From Microthyrium microscopicum (lineage: Eukaryota), in assembly GCA_010405405.1 (NCBI GenBank), contig MU004234.1, positions 1,019,275 through 1,083,274 of the forward strand: a stretch of DNA of 64,000 bases, written 5' to 3'. The notes beneath the pieces are model-generated. The model ran no database searches and was not told where the DNA came from. It saw nothing but the letters and a program-made list of their open reading frames with translations. Made by a program: the position numbers and the translations under genes. Of the stretch, positions 56,784-64,000 are shown piece after piece (the first letter of the stretch is position 1; each line of letters starts with the position of its first letter).

Positions 56784-59700
56784 TTATACCTCTATTAAAT
56801 TAAGAGTAGAAAACTTAAAAATTTCTAGTACTTTATAATTAAGGTTATTTTTAATAAGTTTAAAACTATTATTATTATACTTATTAAAATGGGCGTTAAT
56901 AAGTAACCTATTATTATTATTTATATTAATATTATCTTTTATATAAGGGTTAAATAGAATCTAGCTATTTAATCTACTAATATTAGGTCTAATTATAGTA
57001 TTAAGGTTATTATTATTTAGATTTTATTACTCTATACATAATATTAGAAAATTTAAACTAAGAATATTATTATTAACTATATTATTCTTACTAGGTAGTT
57101 TAAACTTGCTTCCTTTAGCCTATAAAGGAAGCATAAAAGTATTATTAAACTTATTAATAAATACCTAAAGCTTCTCTCTAAATTAGGTAAAGATATTAAG
57201 AGATATATATAGCTCTCTAGCGCTAATAGTAGGCTCTTAAGGCTTAGTATATCTATTCTTATTTAGATTAATTACCTAAAGATATATATTATTAATAGTA
57301 GTTATTATTTTATAAACTCTATTAATACATTACTTAAACTTAAACTTAAATAGATTCTAAAGCTTATAAGAATACGTATTACTTAAATAGATATAATTAA
57401 ACATAACCTAAGGATTATAAGTAGAATTCTTATAACTCTTTATATTAATCTTATAAGTACTATTTAGATATTTAAGTCTAAGATTCTATACCTTAAACAA
57501 CTTCTTATTACCTTTCTAATTAATAAAGGCAAAATATAGAATAGCCTTATAAAGTTATAGCGTATATACTCTAAGTAATAATAACTATTACTAGTATAAT
57601 AAAAGATATATATATTTATATTAGCCTACCTTAGTAAAGAAGATAGTTATACGTAAAAGTAATAACTAGAATAGACTAATATTACTTATTTTAATTACTT
57701 ATTTATAATAAAGAAAGAGCAAAACTTCTTAAAAATACTAATACTACGTTTAAAAGTTAAAGTCTTTATAATTACTAATAAAAGACGTACCTTTATTCTA
57801 GGCTTCTTTAGATAAAGTCTTATCTTATATCTACTTAAGAATATTAATATACTTATTAAGTATTAAAAGATTAATAATATTATTAATCTTAGTTTAGTTA
57901 GCGTAAAAGTCTAGATTATTATTAATACTCTTATAAAACTTCTTTTTAGAAAAAATATATAGAAAGATAGACTCTATGCATAACCTAAACCTATAAAGTA
58001 ATAGTAGCCCTACTTTATTAAACTTTAAGTTAACTTATAAAGGGATTAAACGCTCCTAAAAACTAGTATTTATACTTAATATATAAACTTTATTAAGATA
58101 AGAAGTATTACTTATAGTACTTAAATATATATATATTAATACTTATTAATAGTTAAACCCTATATATTAATTTCTAGAATATAGTAGAATAAAATCTTTA
58201 TAATTAAATAGTAGATAGGCTTTAACTTACTTAGTCTTTATAGAATAACTATTTAATAGTAATAACTAATCTTTATAAACTAGAAATAAATAAGTTTAGA
58301 AATTATCTTTTTCTTTATAACTTATATCCTAAGGTACTATTAAGTATAAAGGTAATCTATTCTTATTAGTTTCTATATATATAGTATTAATATAATAGTT
58401 AAATATCTTACTAGTACTAAGTATAGAAGAGGTATATAATTTTAACCTTAGTTAGTTATAAAATATCTAATAGAATACTTAATACGTACTAGCCTTAGTA
58501 CTAGAATTATTATATATAGTACTAAGTTAAAAATATTTAGTAGTAGTTAAAAGGATAATATCTATAAAGAGCTAAGTAGAGACTCTATTCTTATTATCCT
58601 TAAATATATTCTTTTAAAGGTTTAGATACTATTCTAAAAGCTACTTATATAAAAGTACTAATTATAAAACTAGACTATACTATTTAAGTTTATAAGTATT
58701 TATATTAATTCCTAAAATAAAAGGTAAGTTAAATATAGTTTTAATATCTAATAAAATAATAGAGTTAAAATTAGTTTTAAAGAAGCCTTCTTAAGAAATA
58801 GAAGAATACTTAGTAAGAACTACTACTATAAAATTTAGCTATTTAGTTATATTACTATTAACCTTATTGCGCTTAGTATTTTATATATTATAGTTATTAA
58901 AAGTTATAGCTTAACTATTATCCCTTTAGGCTATACTTTTTAAGAAAGCTTAAAAAAAGATTAGTATATATAACTAGATATAAAACGTAATTAGCTAATA
59001 CTAAATAAATACTAAGAAGAAAAGTATACAATATACCTTAAAAGTAAAGAATAAAGTTTATATAATATTTCCTAACGACTTATTTAAAACGTTTAAGACT
59101 ATTTAAAACGTTTAAGTTTCTTAAAACATTTATACTATTTAAAGAGTTAGTATTATATTAAACGTTTTAAACGTTTTAAACGTTTTAAAGAGTAGTACTA
59201 AATAATTATATATCTTTAAAGTAAATAATAATTAAATGCTAACGTTTATAATAGCTATATATAAATATAAGATAAAGGGAACGTTTTAATAATATACCTT
59301 AGCTTCTTCTAAGATAGTATTTAATATATTTAGAGATATAGTATAACTATATATAATACTTATCTTATTTAATAATTCTATTAATTACCTCTTTATACTA
59401 GTTATATAAAGATATATACCTAGAATCTTAAAGAGAAAATTTAACTATTATTACTATTAAAAGTAGCAAACTATAGCTATTATATAATAGATAGCTTATT
59501 TAGTAGTTATCTTACTCTAAAAAGTATTTTCTCTAGCTAGCTAATTATATTACTAATTACGTATTAATCTTAGAAGGAATACTATCTACTAGGAAGTATA
59601 TATTTCTATATTAGTTATAGTAGAAGAGAAGGTAAGATCTATAATAGAAATATTTATAGAGAATTTACTAAACTAGATAAACCTTTACAAAAGAAGAAAG

Positions 59701-60300
59701 AGCTCTTACTTAAGAAAAGATTTAAATATAAGAAGAGAAATAAGCTAATCTTTCTTAAGGCGCTTTACTAATAAAGTAAATAGTATCTTTATAGTATATA
59801 TAAGTATAGTATGCTAAAGCTATACTATATAGAGATATAAATTCTCTATATAGATAATTTTACTAGTATAGGTAGTATTCCTAATAAATATATAAATTAA
59901 CTATAGAAAAGAAACATTTTTAGCTAATATAAACTAAATAAACTTATATAGTATCCTATTAATTATAAATATATTATAAGTACTATAAGTAGATAGATTT
60001 AGAGTTATAGCTAATAATATAGTAGAGGTAGGTACTAAAGTAGATAATATAGTACTACTAAGTAGTATACTAATAGATACTATATAAGAAAGAGTACGTA
60101 AAGTAACTAAAAAAGAGAGTATAGTTAAAAGAATAAGATAACTATTTCATTATTATAAGAATAGTTATAATAAAACGCGTAAGTAAGTAGATAGAGCGCG
60201 TAGTTAAGTTAATCTTTATAGTAATATATTATATTGCTAATAGCTAGAGAGATTACTAAAAAATAACTAGTAAGTAGCATAAATAATTAAGAAGTAATAA
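56784..60300 (-). pseudogene. RIP-destroyed Academ-type (DUF6589) transposase, multi-exon
   Basis: Minus-strand raw reading and de-RIP, in the correct order: ILGIYLYITSIKR*LIELL = LGMYLHxTGVKRR (~59400); AITFNNYN = FDNxN (~58895); LVYKD*L = VYGDQL (~58270); ILLYSRN*Y = LPxxGxWH; VIKISNIS = AIKxGDIG (~57690); FIN*KG..NLRLKYLNSTYK = VNxxG..DLxLEHLNxxxK (~57470-57530); then an acidic tail. Introns at ~58950-59297 and ~57754-57790. The start is approximate. Confidence 0.82.
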
Positions 60301-60542
60301 ATATTAATTAAATAATAAAATTAAATATAATAAGAAAGATCTTACGTATAAAAAATATAGATAAAACTAAGAATAAGCTAAGGTAGATATAGTATATAGT
60401 ACATAAGTCCCTCTTAGACTCTTAGAGAAGAATTAGGTTAGTAGAGTATAATTAGTAGGTTTAAGGGGTTAAACGTTTTCAAAAGTCGACTAACCTAATA
60501 GGGTTAGTCAACGTTTGACAAACGTTTAACTTCTTCCCGTAG

Positions 60543-60565
60543 AGAGTCTAAGTCCACTAAGATAA
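60543..60565 (-). repeat. Right terminal inverted repeat (~23 bp)
   Basis: Reverse complement is TTATCTTAGTGGACTTAGACTCT. The last base overlaps the first base of the 9-bp direct repeat. Confidence 0.75.
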
Positions 60566-60573
60566 ACTTGTCC
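60565..60573 (+). repeat. Right target-site duplication AACTTGTCC
   Basis: Identical to 15841-15849, at the AT-to-GC transition. Confidence 0.8.
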
Positions 60574-62727
60574 AGAGACTAGCCTAAACTACCCTCCGTA
60601 CAGCCAATAGACGTCTCTGCAGCCACTGCTGCAAAAAAGTTCATTTTCGCTGGTGTCTATCTCAGAATGCGCAGCAGAGGTATGATGTAAAGAGCTAGAA
60701 ATTGGGTATCATTACGACAATTCGGTTCTACCCTAGGTAAACCAAGACTGGTCTATAGAGGAACGCACGCCCAAGAGTACCTCTGTTGAAGAAATCAGAA
60801 AGGATAAAAAAGATTACTCTGACTTCGACTGCATTCCAGACAGCTTGTACCGGTGCTAACAGGTAGCAGCAAGCGAGACAGATCACGTCCATTGTACCTA
60901 CAACTCGGATATTACTGTTACACTACCAACAGCACGACCATGCAAAAATAAACAGTACTAGATGGCTGTCATGTTTCTATGTTTTGGTCTCTTGGGGAGT
61001 GAGAACACGACTACACGCTACCTCTAGTCCAACCAAAAGATCAATAGAAGACAAGTGTCCAAAAAAAATTTATTCTTGCACTTCCTATAAAGAGATGGTT
61101 AACTTTACTTCTGAACGGTCATTACTACGTTTACAACGCTGAAAATAATGTCATCTCAGTTGAAGGATCATTTCATAGGCTGTTGCTTCAATGGAGCTAA
61201 TAGCCCCTGTTAACAACTGAAAGAGAGTCCTTACGTCTCCACAGCCTCTAGTATGTAGACTTTTTTCATCAGGACAATGGTCGAGGAGACCAAATATTGT
61301 TTAAACATTGGGGGTTTTGTACCTGTGACCTATGATGAACTTGTCGTTCGCAAGAACAGATGACAACTGAGGTCGGTTTGAGCCTGCTTTCTTATCGGAA
61401 ATTGAGGGAAACTGGCAGGCAGTCCCATCAGGCAGTTTCAATAGGCAGTCCACATATTGAAGCAGCGCAAGTACGCGGGACACAAGTGCAGGCACGATCG
61501 CCGGGTTGTGGGAGAGCAACTACCGTCTCCAAAGCTTGTGTACAGGGAAGACCGCAACTCAGAGTAGGCACATCAAAGAAGCACTAAGAGGACGGCCAAC
61601 TCCAGCTGGACCAGGGCAAGGAGAGAAAAGCTGCTCTGAGTACTATGTACCAGAGCGAAGTTTGAGAAAGGCTGTACACGAAATTAGTTTTAGCCTGTCA
61701 ACATTCAATATATACAGCCCTTTGAAGATCCCCCTACTATAGCCTCTGATTTTGGAACCAGTTCCATCAGCGCCTTTCAGCGGCCAGGATTTACGACAAG
61801 ATGGCGTCAAATCCGAGGCGTGATTGTTTAATCGCAGAAACGTGCAGTGTTTACAACGAAAGGTTTACTCAAGCGTTCCCGCCGCCCGTAACAGAAGTCT
61901 CAACTTTCACTTCATCAAGGCATCGGGGCCTAGACATTGATGTGACTCGTCCGAGGAAGTGTTTGGCGTGAGCGAAGCTATCTTGCAATCCTTCAGCTGA
62001 TGGGCTCAGCAATGAGCATCAACAACACAGCCTGGAAATTGAAGCTCGCCTCAAACAACCGCGGCACCAACAAAGGTGCCTAGTCCTAGAATCATGGCGA
62101 AAAGAGCTCTGGCAAATGCACTCGATCAAGAACCTTGGGCAGAAAATAGCTTGGAACCCCATCGTAATCGCTGGCAGTGGCACTCATCGACTGAAGTTCA
62201 AAGAAGATGCGATTTTGCGGCTTGCCCACTCTACTCGATGGGCGTCGTCTTGCTCTATACGATTAGCGTAGGTACTTATTAGTCAAAATGTCAATGAATA
62301 GGCCATTCAGGCAATGATTAGACAAGAAACAAATTCCCATCGCACGCGCTGGGGCCCATCGACTGATCTGTAGAGAAGATACGTTGTCGCCCATTGCACT
62401 TGATGGGCGCCGCGTTGATCTTCGAGTTGACTCAATATGCAATCCGGATGGGAACTTTTAGTCCTCAGGGCTCAACGAGGTCACACTGGCAACTTCCCAT
62501 CGCATTCACTGGCAGATATCGACAATTCTATTGCACAATCTGTTGGCATGCGAACGCTGGTAGTTATTTTGGAGTGGGTTGCCTTAGGGCCCTAGTCGCC
62601 TGGGGAATGAGTTAGGAAACAAGGCAGCAACTCTCCCTCCTCGACCACCACTGACCAGCATGCACATGCACCTCTCTTCTCTGCTCTCACATTTCCAAAC
62701 CGCGATTTGTCGTCAAACTACACTCCC

Positions 62728-63900
62728 ATGGCTCTATTTCGGAGGGCCAATCCGGCCACATTCATTCTCGCCATCCTTCTTATAGCCGGATTTGGCTATT
62801 TCCTCTTTTCAAATCCCGACGCACCCTCCCAATCCAGCCTACGAGGGCTTCACAAGGCGGCGGCCAACGCACTCTCACCACCCTCTCTCCCTTTCCGAAA
62901 AGCTTCACCACCAAATGGAGCCAATGTGGCGGCTGCTGCTCCCCCAGTCGTCCATTACTATCTCAACAACCTAACTACGACCACCGATCCAGTCACAAAT
63001 CGGGAAACCGTACTTATCCTCACACCTCTTGCCCGATTCTATCAAGGATATTGGGATAATCTTGCCGCATTAAGTTATCCACACGACCTCATTAGTCTAG
63101 GCTTCGTTATTCCAAAGGGAAGGGACGGTAATGCCGCAAATAGCGCATTACAAGAGCAAATACAGAAGGTGCAACAGGGGCCTCATAAGAAGCGGTTTGC
63201 CAGCATAACAGTACTGCGACAAGATATCGAAAACCCTCTTCAATCACAGTCCGAACACGAACGTCACAAACTCGAGAACCAAAAGGAGCGTCGTGCAGCG
63301 ATGGCCAAAGCGCGTAACAGCCTCCTTTTCACTACAATGGGGCCTACAACGAGCTGGGTTCTATGGCTGGACAGCGATATTGTCGAATCTCCACACTCTT
63401 TGATCCAAGATCTGGCTGCTCACGATAAGCCGATTATCACCGCAAACTGCTACCAGCGCTATTTCGACAAGGACAAGAATGCTATGAGCACTCGCGCTTA
63501 CGACTACAATAACTGGGTCGACAGTCCTACCGCCCAAGAGTTGGCAAAGAAGATGGGCCCCGACGACGTGCTATTCGAAGGTTACGGCAGTATGGCAACC
63601 TATCGAAGCTTGATGGCGTACATGGTCGGCAAAGACGGCAACATGGATCCCAATCGGGAAGTAGAGCTTGACGGAGTAGGTGGAACTGCTTTGCTGGTCA
63701 AAGCTGAAGGTAAGAAAGATCCCAAAGTCCAGGCAAACCTAATACTAATTGTATTTCTAGTACACCGCGATGGGGCCATGTTTCCACCTTTCTCGTTCTA
63801 TCACCTTATTGAAACAGAAGGCTTTGCGAAAATGGCTAGGCGGCTGGGTTGGAAGAGCTACGGATTACCGAATTACTTCGTTTATCACTTCAACGAGTAA
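62728..63900 (+). CDS. mnn9: Anp1-family (GT62) mannan polymerase complex subunit, MNN9-like
   Basis: ATG 62728, N-terminal TM anchor, VLILTPL, MAKARNSLLFTT, WVLWLDSDIVE (DxD), YDYNNW and LDGVGGTALLVKA. Removing the 51-nt intron 63710-63760 (GTAAG..CTAAT..TAG) restores KAEVHRDGAMFP...IETEGFAKMA. Confidence 0.93.
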   Translation: MALFRRANPATFILAILLIAGFGYFLFSNPDAPSQSSLRGLHKAAANALSPPSLPFRKASPPNGANVAAAAPPVVHYYLNNLTTTTDPVTNRETVLILTPLARFYQGYWDNLAALSYPHDLISLGFVIPKGRDGNAANSALQEQIQKVQQGPHKKRFASITVLRQDIENPLQSQSEHERHKLENQKERRAAMAKARNSLLFTTMGPTTSWVLWLDSDIVESPHSLIQDLAAHDKPIITANCYQRYFDKDKNAMSTRAYDYNNWVDSPTAQELAKKMGPDDVLFEGYGSMATYRSLMAYMVGKDGNMDPNREVELDGVGGTALLVKAEGKKDPKVQANLILIVFLVHRDGAMFPPFSFYHLIETEGFAKMARRLGWKSYGLPNYFVYHFNE

Positions 63901-64000
63901 CTGACACTGGCTTAAAGGATCAATATTGGCATTTTGTATTATATATATTTACAGCGGAAGCATTATATGGGCGTACTGAAAGCGTAACTATGTCAAATTA

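Larger units (their letters stand above)
15850..60564. mobile_element. Giant RIP-inactivated AcademH-like DNA transposon (~44.7 kb; ~37 kb without the nested Gypsy)
   Basis: 9-bp flanking direct repeat. Terminal inverted repeat TTACCTCAGCGTGCTCAGGCTCT vs reverse-complement right end TTATCTTAGTGGACTTAGACTCT: 16/23 identical, with 6 of 7 differences being C>T/G>A. RecQ-like helicase relic at the left end and DUF6589/Academ transposase relic at the right end, in opposite orientation. Boundaries are ambiguous by 1 nt. Confidence 0.8.

Noticed and set aside
15850..60564. Starship element (left end begins TTAC, large size, cargo)
   Set aside because: I found no DUF3435 tyrosine-recombinase captain motifs at either end. 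The terminal genes are a RecQ-like helicase and a DUF6589-like transposase, and TTAC is part of an inverted, not direct, repeat. A heavily RIPped captain cannot be fully excluded without an HMM search.
15850..60564. Centromere call for the AT-rich block
   Set aside because: Size and composition are compatible with a regional centromere, but sequence alone cannot show it (needs CenH3 ChIP or Hi-C). The TSD/TIR structure already explains the block.
60574..62700. Short ORFs in the right flank
   Set aside because: All are under 80 aa with no recognisable motifs or consistent exon structure.

Overview
Filamentous-ascomycete (Pezizomycotina-type) genomic DNA. Two gene-containing flanks of normal GC content surround a ~44.7 kb, very AT-rich block erased by RIP. 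The left flank (1-15.8 kb) holds an acyltransferase-3, a GT32 glycosyltransferase, an MDR-family reductase, a PD-(D/E)XK-like protein, a 5-exon GH10 xylanase and two hypothetical genes. The right flank (60.6-64 kb) holds an MNN9/Anp1-family gene. Reading through the RIP damage by hand, the AT-rich block appears to be one giant DNA transposon (15850-60564). It has a 9-bp direct repeat AACTTGTCC on both sides, ~23-bp RIP-degraded terminal inverted repeats and a long hairpin just inside each end. A RecQ-like helicase relic sits at the left end (+) and an Academ/DUF6589-type transposase relic at the right end (-). This is the AcademH architecture, but with ~36 kb between the two genes. That interval holds many unidentifiable gene relics, tandem repeats, a small inverted-repeat element and a complete nested 7.66-kb Ty3/Gypsy chromovirus with a 5-bp TSD. 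All relic protein calls come from manually reversing C>T/G>A changes and need computational confirmation. Three N-gaps lie inside the element.
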